Shown here: positions 53,505 through 64,000 of the stretch, one piece after another
Layout: each line of letters opens with the position of its first letter
Numbering within the stretch: the first letter of the stretch is position 1
Source of the DNA: the human T2T-CHM13v2.0 reference genome, Homo sapiens
NCBI RefSeq assembly: GCF_009914755.1
Contig: NC_060947.1
Reading direction: 5' to 3' (one strand)
Length of the DNA stretch: 64,000 nucleotides
Position numbers and translations under genes: made by a program
The notes under the pieces: model-generated
Seen by the model: the letters and a program-made list of their open reading frames with translations, nothing else
The model's database searches: none
What the model was told of the DNA's origin: nothing

Positions 53505-54729
53505 ATCCCATAAGTTTTAGTATGTTATGTTTTTGGTTTTGTGTGTCTCAAGATATTTTCTAATTTCTCTTGTAATTTCTTCTTTGACCCATTGGTTATA
53601 CAATAGTATGTTGTTTAATTTCCACATATTTGTGAGTTTCCAGTTTTTCAATGGCTGTTGATTTCTAGTTTAATTCTCTTGTGGTCAGAAAAGATACTTG
53701 GTAGGATTTCGATCTTTTACAATTTGTTAAGACTTCATTTGTAACCTAATGTGTGATCTTCCCTAGAGAATGTTCTGTGTGCACTTGAGAAGAATGTATA
53801 TTCTGCTCCTGCTGGAAAGAGAGTTCTGTATATGTCTGCTAGGTACCATTGGTCTATAGAGTTGTTCGAGTCCTATGTTTCCTTATTGATCTTCTATCCA
53901 CTTTTCTATCCATTTTTGAAAGTGATGTATTAAAGTCTCCTATTACTGTTTCACTGTTCATTTCTTCCTTCAATTCTGCCAATGTTTTCTTCAAGTACTT
54001 GGGTGGTCTTGTTTTAGATGCATATATATATGTATATGTATATATATTTGTTATATTTTCCTGGTGAGTAGGCACTTTATCATTATATAATGTCCTTTAT
54101 CTCTTGTGATAATTTTTGACTTCAAGTCTATTTTGTCTGATATAAATGTGGTCACCCTTGCTTTCTTTTGGTTATCATTTTTATGGAATATATTTTCCCA
54201 TCCTTTCACTTTCACCTTATGTCTGTCTTTACATCTAAGGTGATTCTGTTGCGGACAGCATATAGTTACATCTTGTTCGTATTTTTCTTTAATTCAGCCA
54301 CTCCACTTCTTTTGATTGATAACTTATTCATTTATATTTACAGTAATCACTGATAGAGCAGGAGTTACTATTGCCACTTGGTTAACTGTTTTGTCTCTGT
54401 CTTGTAACAATTTTGTCACTCTTTTTTTTTTTTCTCTTGCTGCCTTCCTTTGTGTTTTGGTGATATTTTTGTTTTGACATGCTTTGATTCTTTTCTCATT
54501 TTCTTCTGTGTATATTTTTTTGTGTGTGGTTACCATGGGGCTTACATATAGATCTCATAGTTACAACAATCTATTCAAAGCTGATAACTTTAATAACATA
54601 CAAAACTCTACTTTTTAAATATCTCTCCATTCCCACTTTATGTTATTGACGTCACTGATTACATCTTTATATATTGCATATCCATTAACATAGTTTTATA
54701 GTTATAATTATTTTTCATGTTTTGTCTTT
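53505..54729 (-). mobile_element. Older L1M host (ORF2 endonuclease to inter-ORF region); other pieces at ~34940-34994 and ~56531-56585
   Basis: ORF-track 53854-54075 (IYASKTRPPKYLKKTLAELKEEMNSETVIGDFNTSLSKMDR) is the L1 endonuclease GDFN region. Confidence 0.85.
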
Positions 54730-56517
54730 AAAATTATTTTTATTTTAATGATTATGGCTACATAAAAGTTATACATATTTCTAGTGTACGTGTGTTGTTT
54801 TGATAAAGGTATACAATGTATAATGATCAAATCAGGGTAACTGAAGTATCCATCATCTCAAGCATTTTATATTTCTTAATGTTAGGAGCATTCCAATTTC
54901 ACTTTTTTAGTTATTTTAAAATATACAATAAATTATTGGTAATTATGGTTACCTTATTGTACTACCAAATATTAGATCCTATTTATTCTATCAAACTGTA
55001 TTTTTGTACCCATTAACCATCCCTACTTTATCCCCCGATCCACTACCTTTTCCAGCCTCTGATAATCATCATTCTATGCTCCTATTTTTATGAATTCAAT
55101 TTTTTTAGATCCTTCATGTAAGTGAGAACGTGTGGTATTTGTCTTTCTGACCCTGGCTTATTTCACTTTACATAATGTTGTCCAGTTTGATTCACATTGT
55201 TGCAAATGACAAGATCTCATTATTTTTAATATGAATACTTTCTGAATTATATTCCATTGTGAATAATATTCCATGTGTATATGTACCACATTTTTTTTTA
55301 CCCATGAATCTGTTGATGGACACTTAGATGGATTCGAAATCTTGGTTATTGTATATAGTGCTGCAATAAACAGGGAGCACAGATGTATCTTCGTTATACT
55401 GATTTCCTTTCTTTTGGGTACAGTAGTAGATGTTAAAACCAAGCAGCAGTAAGATCGCTATGGTAGTTCTATTTTTAGTACTCTGATAAATCTCCATACT
55501 GTTTTCCACAGAGGTTGTACTAATATGCATTCCCACTAACATTGTACGAGTGTTTTCTTTTCTCTACACCCTTTCCAGCATTTGTTTTTGTTATTTTTGT
55601 CTTTCTGATAATAGCCACGCAAACTGGGATGAGATGATGTCTCATAGTGGTTTTTACTTGCAGTTCTTGATGATTAGTGATGTTGAGCATTTTCTTTTAT
55701 ATATCTGTTTGTCATTTGTATTTCTTCTTTTGAGAAATGTCTATTTAGGTCTTCATTTCTTAACTGGATTTTGTGTGGTTTTTTAGCTATTGAGTTGTTT
55801 GAGCTCCTTATAAATTCTAGTTATTAATTTTTTGTCAGATAAGTAGTTCACCAACATTTTCTCCCGTCCTATGAGTTGTCTCTTCATTTTGTTGATTGTT
55901 TCCTTTGCTGTGCAGGTTTTTATCTCGATGTGATCCCATTTGCTCATTTTTGCTTTGGTTGCCTGTGCTTTTGTTGTCCTACTCCAGAAACATTTGGTTA
56001 GACCAGTGGAAAAATCAATATTGTTAACATGTTCATACTACCCAAAGCAATATACAGATCCAGTCCAATCCCTGTCAAAATATCAGTGATATTCTTCACA
56101 GAAATATAAAAAAATTACTAAAATTTACATGGAACCAAAGCTATCCTGAGCAAAAAGAACACATCTGGAGGAATCACATTACCTGACTTCAAATAATACT
56201 ACAAAGTTATAAGCAAAATTGCATGATGCTGGCAGAAAAATAGATGCTAGACCAATGGAACAGTATAGAGTACCCAGAAATAAATTGATATATCTACGAT
56301 GAACTGATTTTTCACAAAGGCATCAAGAACATACACAGTGGAAGAGACAGTCTCTTCAGTAAATGATGTAGGGAAAAGTGGATATCCATATGCAGAAGAA
56401 TGAAACTAGACCCCTATCTCTCACCATATACAAAAATCAAATCAAAATGAACCAAAGACTTAAAATCTAAGACCTGAGATGTGAACATACTAGAAGAAAA
56501 CATTGGAGAAACACTGT
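54730..56517 (-). mobile_element. L1MA4-like element, 5'-truncated with 5' inversion (54730-56008 on -, 56007-56517 on +)
   Basis: TSD ATGTTTTGTCTTT at 54717-54729 and ATGCTTTGTCTTT at 56518-56530. Strand switch at gaccagTGgaaaaatcaata. Confidence 0.9.
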
Positions 56518-57224
56518 ATGCTTTGTCTTTTAAATTCTACACCGAAATTAAAAGTGCTTTATATATCATGATTACAGTATTCTATTGAGACCACCATGGA
56601 ATTTTTTTCAAAAAAGTATCTCTGAGAAAGGGTTATTATACAATCTTTAGTTCAGATTAAATGTGTTTCTTCATTTTGCCAAAGCCATCCCATGAAAAGT
56701 AAACATTTCAAACCATTATCAACTGGTTTCCTCTGATTACTAAAACTCCTCTGTTAGGCCATGTCAGACTTACCTATATCTTTTAAATTAGAACAGGTAA
56801 CTAAGCTGTTCCCTCTCTGCTATTTACTCTACTCTTCTCATTACCTCCTACCATCAAGCTTTTTTCTCCACATGTCTCTTATAGCCCTTTCACTACTGTG
56901 TATCTCCTACAACACATATCTCTTTATGCTTCCTCAGTAGCTTCCAACGTAGCTGAAGAGAAAAAGAAAAACATAGTGAAGTTAAATTCTCTTTAGTCAG
57001 GCTTCCCAAGGCCAAATTTATTGTCCACCTCATTACTGCAACCATTCAAAGCCTAGTTCTGCCGCTCACTCCAGGCTAATGTGGGTGTCATAGTGTTCAG
57101 AAGGATCAAAGACACTGAAAACATTTGCCCTCTAAAAATTGATTAACTTCACTCAGATATCTATATGCTTCCAAATTTCCCTTTATGTCCAACTTGGAAA
57201 ACTTAAGAAAGACTTAAAATTTCT

Positions 57225-57400
57225 GCATGCTTACTATATGCCAAGTTCTTTTTCCAAATATTGTACATGCAACATGGTATTTAATTTGTACAAAAACTTA
57301 TAAGTTAAGTGTTTTTAGTGTTCCTTTTTTACTGATTAAAAAACTGAAATTAGGAGAGGTTGTTCTTTGCCAAAGGACACACTATTCCTATGGAACACAG
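57225..57400 (-). mobile_element. MIR
   Basis: gcttactatatgccaag ... ttttactgattaaaaaactgaaattaggagaggtt ... ttgccaaaggacacac. Confidence 0.75.
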
Positions 57401-57510
57401 TCAAAATTAGTAAAAAGAGGATTATCTATGGGCCAAGGAGCCAAAAATTCATTAGACATGAAGCAAGGATTGTGATTAATCTGATTCTGTGTATGTAAGG
57501 TTTAAAAATG

Positions 57511-59600
57511 CCTAACATCGGCCGTTTCTTCAAGGACTCCTGTTTGTTTTTAAGTATAGTACTAGAAACATATATGTGGGCAATAGGTGTAATTATTGCT
57601 ACTGGGGTGCTATTGCTTCTAGGTCATCTCAGCTGATAAGAAATGCAAGTGTATATGTTAATCCCTGTGTATACACATATTTACAAGTATTTCTATTTGT
57701 AACTATCTGTACCTATATTAAGCTAAACACATGTTCGTGTTGATATCTCCTACTATAAAGCCTCCTACCCTTGTTTATTGTAAACTCCCACCCTAACAGT
57801 GAGAAACATGATTCCAACCACCGGCCATCCATTTACTTAATTTTTCAATTCTAGTACATGTGTATAGTAGTATTGATATAGTTAACCTATGCCTCCATGA
57901 GGGAAAAATCTCTATCAACTAAAGCTTATTGCTTATGAACACTTTCTTTTGCTTTTAATCTTATAGTCTCTATTTTCTTCCAAAGATTTTAGGTCAACAC
58001 CTTTGTCCTTTACTCCCTTTAGTGAGATTGTTTCACGCACTTATAATACAGTTAGATTGATTTGTCACATTCTTCATTCCATGCCAGAATTCCTTTTCTC
58101 CTAGATAATGTTTTAAAATTTAGATACCTTATGTTTTACTCCTTGTTTTATATAAGCCTATGGGCTTTGATAAATGCATACTGTCATGTATTCACCATTA
58201 CATTTCCGTACAGAATAGCTTCATCATCATCAAAACAAAACCAGTGCTTCATCTATTTCATTCGTCCTTTCTCTTCCTGAACCACTGGCAACCCCTGACT
58301 TTTTTTTTTTTACCATCACTATAGTTTTTCTTGTTTTAGAATGTCATGCCATTGTGATCATAAAGTATATAGCCTTTTCAGACTGACTTCTTTCACTTAG
58401 TAATATGCATTTAAGATTTAGTCGTGCCATTTCATGACTTAATATTTTATTTCTTTTATTGCTGAATAATAGTTCATTCTATCAACATACCACAATGTGT
58501 TTATCCTTTGATCTACTGAAGGACATCTTGGCTGCTTTCAATTTTTGTTAATTAGCAATTACAGTGCTATAAACATTTGCAGGCAGATTTTGTGTCGACC
58601 TAACTTTTCACATCAGTTAGATAAATACATAGGACTGAAGCATGGAAAAAGGAAAGTGAGCCTCAAGCATCTTGTCATACCAGAAAGTAAGGAAGTGCTC
58701 AAAAAATGAAACAAACCCCACAATAGTGGATGGTATGTCAAAGGGACACAGGAACTGAAAGTGCGCTAAATGGCAAAAGCTGGAATAATTTGAGTAATAA
58801 AATAAATAAATTAGCAATGTATTATAACCCAAAGTAAAAAATAAATATTCGTGAGTCCATGTTACCATAAGGATATGACTGGATAAATAAGTGAAGAAGA
58901 ATCAAATTTTTGTGCAGAAAAATTAGAAATAATTTATGTTGATACTACTTCCTCACTGAGGAGGAGCATAACTCTATGCTCCTTAAGTGGGACATGAAAA
59001 TACTCATTTCTTTCCAAAGAGTACAGTATGGAAAGAGGGAAAAAGAATAGCTGTACAGTAAAGAAACCTGACAATTGCTACCTTGGCCAGGTCAACATCA
59101 ACAGTGATAGTGATGTTTATATCATGTACCCTTGATATGATGTGATAAAAAAAGGCACTTTACCTCTGTGTTCTTCTTCCCATTCCCATAATTCCAGACT
59201 AATTATTTAAAAATTATCATATGTCTTCCAATTAAGGAGGATTCTACAAAATATCCAACTGGCAATTCTCAAAACTGTCTAGGTCATCAAAACAAGCAAA
59301 ATTTGAGAAACCATTACAACCAGAGGAGCCCACAGAGTTATGATGACTAAATGTAATACCTTAGCATGGATGGGATTCTGAAACAGAAAAAGGACATGGG
59401 ATAGAAACCAAGAAAATCCAAATAAAATATGGACTTTAGTTAATAATAATTTGTCAGCATTGTTTCCTTAATTGTAACAAATGTACCATACTAATGTAAG
59501 ATGCTAATAAGGGAAACTAGGTGTGGGATACACAGGAATTATCTATAATATATTTACAATTGTTCTGTAAATCTAAAGCCGTTCTAAAGTTTTATTTGTT
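57511..59600 (+). mobile_element. L1MD (MD1/MD2-like) 3' region with inverted 5' part (57511-58634 on -, 58630-59600 on +)
   Basis: L1MD 3'UTR blocks on - (ttgctactggggtg..ttgcttctagg, aacagtgagaaac) and on + (gcatcttgtcataccagaaagtaaggaagtgctcaaaaaa ... ttctgtaaatctaaa). Confidence 0.82.
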
Positions 59601-60139
59601 TGTTGTTCAGATGCCTCAGTTTGGAGTCACCATATACTGATCCTTGAAAGGAAGTGGTCAGGTCTCTCAGAAGGAGAGAAGAAAGTGACTGGATAGTTGA
59701 CCTGGTATTTATATTACTGGGAGGCACTGACCCTATCTAATGTTGGATTTCTGGGCTTCCAGTATGCTGTTTTCCTTTTTCTCTCCTGTTCTCAATCAAC
59801 ATTTTAGCCCACTCTCCCCAGAAAAGGGCTTTTGGTGACTTGGAAATTAATGAGTTTCATTCCTCTTGGCTGAATTATAGATTTAACTGTAAAAGGGATA
59901 GTATCTTATTTTATTACCAGTACCCCCAAAGCATAACCCTAGTTTGGGGAGAGGTCTGATCTTTATGTGGTTTGAGTAGTAGAATAGAACCACTAATTTG
60001 TTTCTGGTATTGCTAAATGAACTAGACTTACACTTTTGTTGTTGTTATACTAAATATAATTGCTGTTTCGTTACTTTAAAAATTCAAATATTTGTAATTT
60101 TATCTGGTTTGACCAAATAATAATGCCAAGAATAAAAAA

Positions 60140-60350
60140 GAATAAACATTTATTTGAGCATCGTGTTAAGGGTTTCCATGGATTATGTGATTCAATACTA
60201 ATAGTAATCCTATAAGATAGGTACGATTAATGTCTCTGTTTTATAGATTAGTCAAATAAGACCCAAAGTAGCTACCCAATGTCAGATATATTGAAGGAAC
60301 ACAGGATTCAGATTCACTTCTGATGTCTAAACTAGCTTTCTCTTCACAAT
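60140..60350 (-). mobile_element. MIR
   Basis: aacatttatttgagc ... cctataagataggtac ... ttttatagat. Confidence 0.7.
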
Positions 60351-60736
60351 AGCATACTAAAGGGTGAAAGCCATCTATATCTGTTACATATACATCTAAA
60401 AGTCTGTTACATTAAGGGGCTACCTGTTGGCAATAGATAGATATACTAGGCTTTTTTAAAAAAATTACTGGCTCTGGACTGGCCTATACGGGTATAGGAA
60501 ATTATTGGTGTCGAAAGCCATGCTTTTACTTTATGGGCATTATCTGGGTGGAGACATGAACTACAGTTTTGTAAAAGCTTTTCATAGTGCTATATGAGGC
60601 ACCCTATTTCTCTAATGGTACGGGGGTAACGAAAAGGGTGTTAAGCTAACAATTTCTTGCAACCTTTTATCTGGTCCATTGGCTTGAAGGTACATGAGAA
60701 GAATAGGTGAACATACTTTTAAGGGTGTTGAAAAAG

Positions 60737-61600
60737 TCTGAACTCCAAACTCCTATATGCAACTGCCTGCTTGGCGTCTTCATTAGAATGTTGAATAAGC
60801 ATCTGAAACTTAACATGTCCAAATATAATTCCATCTCCTCATTCCCTTTCCCACCTCCTGCAAAATTGCCATCTCTTTCTCAATCTTCCCCATGAAACTG
60901 ATTGGAATTAAATTTTCTCAAGTTAATTTATTTACTCAATTTAATATTCTTACTCTATTAAAAAAATCTTGATTTCTCTTTCTAGCTTATTCCTTATATC
61001 TAATCCATGAGCAACTCTTATCAGCTCTATTTTGAAAATGCTTTTCAAATACAACTATGTCTTACCAATTCCACAACTATCTATCCTACTTCTAGGCCTC
61101 AATAACCTCTCATCTGTATTTTCTTCTTACTGCTTTATTTGCTTTCACTGTTGTCCTCTTACAGCCTGTTCCTCACACAAAATGTAAACTAGTTTTCACT
61201 TTTTAGTGTGAATTAAATTATTACATTTCTTTGCTTAAAGTCTTCTAATGGTTTTCATTACAGTATAAAATCTAATCACTGTCTCCTGGTTTACAGGTCA
61301 CTGTTAGATGTGTCTTCATCTTTATCAATCCCTTCCATATTCATTTAGTCCCCAGAGAGTGATCTTTTTGCTGGTCCTGAAACAGAGCGAGCCTGCCCTT
61401 CCTCAAAATATTTTCTTTTGTGTTCCCCTAGATCTTTATTTATCTGAATTCTTTTGCTTGTTTTAGCTCAAATGTTACTTCCTCAGTGAAGTTGGCCTTA
61501 TTTGATGTCTTTCATCTCTCTCCTGCAATAGCTCTTTATGGCAGCATTCTGTTTCATTTTCTTCACAGAATTTGTTACTATCTAAAATTACAGTATTTAT
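60737..61600 (+). mobile_element. LINE-2
   Basis: ctgaactccaaactcctatatgcaactgcctgctt...gcatctgaaacttaacatgtccaaa and gctcaaatgttacttcctcagtga. Confidence 0.85.
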
Positions 61601-61669
61601 TTATAATGCTCCTAATGAGACTAGGAATTAGCAACAGTTGGTGCACAACACCTTTGAACTTCCCCTGAG

Positions 61670-61905
61670 AGCGAAATAGCATAATAAAAAAATTATATGA
61701 TTTGAAATGAGACAGACAACTTTAAATCCCAGTTTTGTTGCCATCTGTCTGTATGACTTTGGGCCAGTTGGTTAATTTTCTGGCTTTTGGTTTTCTCATC
61801 TGTAAAACAGAAATAAAAATGAGACATCAAAAGGTCAGTGTGATGATTAAAGAAGATGAGGCTAGTGCCTCAGTGTAGTGAATGGTATGTAGTAGATGTT
61901 CAACT
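61670..61905 (+). mobile_element. MIR
   Basis: tgtatgactttgggccagtt ... ttttctcatctgtaaaa ... tgtgatgattaaa. Confidence 0.8.
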
Positions 61906-62003
61906 TTTCTTTCCCCAAGGTTCTGGTATCTTTCATCTAAAAACATCTGCCCTTTGTTCTCATCTTCTGGCCTAATCTCACTTCCTCATGCTCGGATCAA
62001 AGG

Positions 62004-62025
62004 CCACCGGAAAATTTTCCGGTGG
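62004..62025. repeat. Perfect 22-bp palindrome CCACCGGAAAATTTTCCGGTGG
   Basis: Identical to its own reverse complement, with no spacer. Confidence 0.98.
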
Positions 62026-62044
62026 TAGTGATGTCTCTTGAAAT

Positions 62045-62215
62045 GCCCTCCAGATTCCTCTCTGTAAAATGAAGGCAATATTAGTTCTTACTTAATAGGG
62101 TGGTTTTGAAAATTAAATACAGTAATACATATTGAACTCATAAAATAGTGCCACCAGGAATTATTAGTGCCGTAAGACGTATTAGTGCAATAGGAAGCAC
62201 TCAGCAAGTTTTAAC
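62045..62215 (+). mobile_element. MIR fragment
   Basis: ttcctctctgtaaaatgaagg...tagggtggttttgaaaattaaat...taggaagcactcagcaa. Confidence 0.65.
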
Positions 62216-62295
62216 TTTACTATTAAACACATTCCTTTCCAAAGTGGGGGTAGAGAGAAACTATGAGTTTTCTACATCACATGGGGGGTCTCATG

Positions 62296-62460
62296 TAGTG
62301 ATTCTCAGACTTTAGCGCACAAAATTGATATGGGGGAGATTTGCGAATTGCAGACTCTGTGGCCTCACCTCTAGGCTATCTGATTTCTTAAGTATAAGAT
62401 ATGGTCTATTCACAAAGCATTTGAGTTGATTCTCCACAAATCACACTTAGAAAAAGTGAT
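62296..62460 (+). mobile_element. MER5-like hAT-Charlie MITE, degraded
   Basis: tagtgattctcagactttagcgcac ... tcacacttagaaaa, similar to MER5 termini. Confidence 0.55.
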
Positions 62461-62785
62461 AAAAATGAACATACCTGATTTTAGTCGACATTAATAATTT
62501 ACAAGATTTTAAGTGTTTTGTCACCAGTAAAGGATGAGAGAGAGGTATTTTAGATCTTTTTTACGTCCACAAGGTTATAGAATCTCTTTATTTTCTCCTC
62601 TGTGAATCTGAAACAGCCAGTGCTACTACCATCATGTATCACCAGTAAAGGAATAGCTACTGATGTAGAATTAAAAGGCAAAAAGGACATGTGAAAATAG
62701 GTAGTTATAAACTTTCCAGGATCAAACTGAGGCCTTTATATGAAAGAATTTCAGCAATGAGTGATGTCATGGATTTTCTGTGTAT

Positions 62786-62814
62786 TGTGTGTGTGTGTGT
62801 GTGTATATATATAT
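62786..62814. repeat. Compound (TG)n(TA)n microsatellite
   Basis: tgtgtgtgtgtgtgtgtgtatatatatat. Confidence 0.9.
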
Positions 62815-62847
62815 TTGATGTTTTCTTGGCAAATAAAAAGCAACAGT

Positions 62848-63169
<322 letters not shown>

Positions 63170-63619
63170 TCATATACATTTTGAGTCTAATAATTGCTTT
63201 TGAGGTATCTCATTCAAACATTTAAAGGTAATAGCAGATGCTGGTTGAAAAGTTAAGCATTAGTCACATCGGTAAAAGGACAATGGTATTCTAAGTTGCC
63301 TTTTGATTTCTGTGGCTTTAAAATTTATTCATTCCACATTTTCCCTCTCAAACAGACCTGACAGATGAAAATACCACTTTCAGCTTTGTTGTATTTTTTT
63401 CTTACCACAGGCTCCCAAGCATATTATCTTATTGGCTCTCTGGTGGTCTGCCTTATTGACAAATATTGTCTATTTGAAAGCTGGCTTCCATGTTTGCTTA
63501 ACTTGATTTTGCTTCTGCTATTGTTGGGGAAGTTAATATTAAGTTAAGCAATAAGAAATAATTCTCTTGAATAGTCTTGTCCTCTAACAGCTCTCATCAC
63601 TAAGAACATGTTAAGTAGA

Positions 63620-63700
63620 TATCTCTATCATGATTTATAGCTATCTATTGTCTAACATCTATCTATCTGTCATCTATCATCAATATACATTTTGTGTATC
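63620..63700. repeat. Degenerate (TCTA)n
   Basis: ctatctattgtctaacatctatctatctgtcatctatc. Confidence 0.6.
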
Positions 63701-63809
63701 TATATACACAAAAATGTGTAGTATTTTGTCAACTTTCTGTTCATCCACTAGGAAAGAAAATGAATAAGTGAATGGAAAAAGGAAGGAACTTACCATATAT
63801 TTTCCTGTA

Positions 63810-63980
63810 TATAGTGGTTAAGATTATGAATTTTCTCAAGTCTGGTAGACCCAGATTTAAATCTTGGATCTAAACACTGTATGACTTTGGGCAATTATAC
63901 AAATTATTTTAGGCCCAGTTTCCCTCTGTCTGTTAGAAGGGACAATAATAAAACCTTTTATAAGCAACCTGGAGGGAGTG
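63810..63980 (+). mobile_element. MIR
   Basis: tagtggttaaga ... tgtatgactttgggcaa ... cagtttccctctgtctgt. Confidence 0.75.
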
Positions 63981-64000
63981 TGGGGCAAAGCTGGCTGCAG

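Noticed and set aside
60483-60498. Inverted repeat CCTATAC-GG-GTATAGG
   Set aside because: 7-bp arms are expected by chance several times in 64 kb.

Overview
This window is primate (human-like) nuclear DNA, AT-rich and dominated by transposable elements. It looks like a long intron or an intergenic region. I found no recognisable cellular protein-coding exon, RNA gene or CRISPR array; nearly all ORFs in the track are fragments of L1, Alu or LTR sequence or their antisense frames. Summing my coordinates, roughly 55-60% is LINE-1 of many ages (L1PA5/6, PA8, PA13, PA15, PB1, MA1-4, MA9, MD). There are also 7 Alus, several ERVL/MaLR LTRs, L2, L3, MIR and DNA-transposon relics. Two nested L1 stacks (21.8-31.0 kb and 34.9-56.6 kb) can be reconstructed from target-site duplications (TSDs). 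I did not find a convincing new biological system. The observations most worth checking are: (1) a twin-priming-type 5' inversion in a very old L1MD; (2) an L1MA with an out-of-order endonuclease segment; (3) a short 3' transduction on an L1PB; (4) an L1PA antisense promoter with ORF0 and splice donors pointing at an acceptor, X-box and 153-codon ORF in unique DNA; (5) a perfect 22-bp CpG-containing palindrome. Subfamily names come from remembered consensus sequences, not an alignment, and boundaries of old repeats are approximate (tens of bp).
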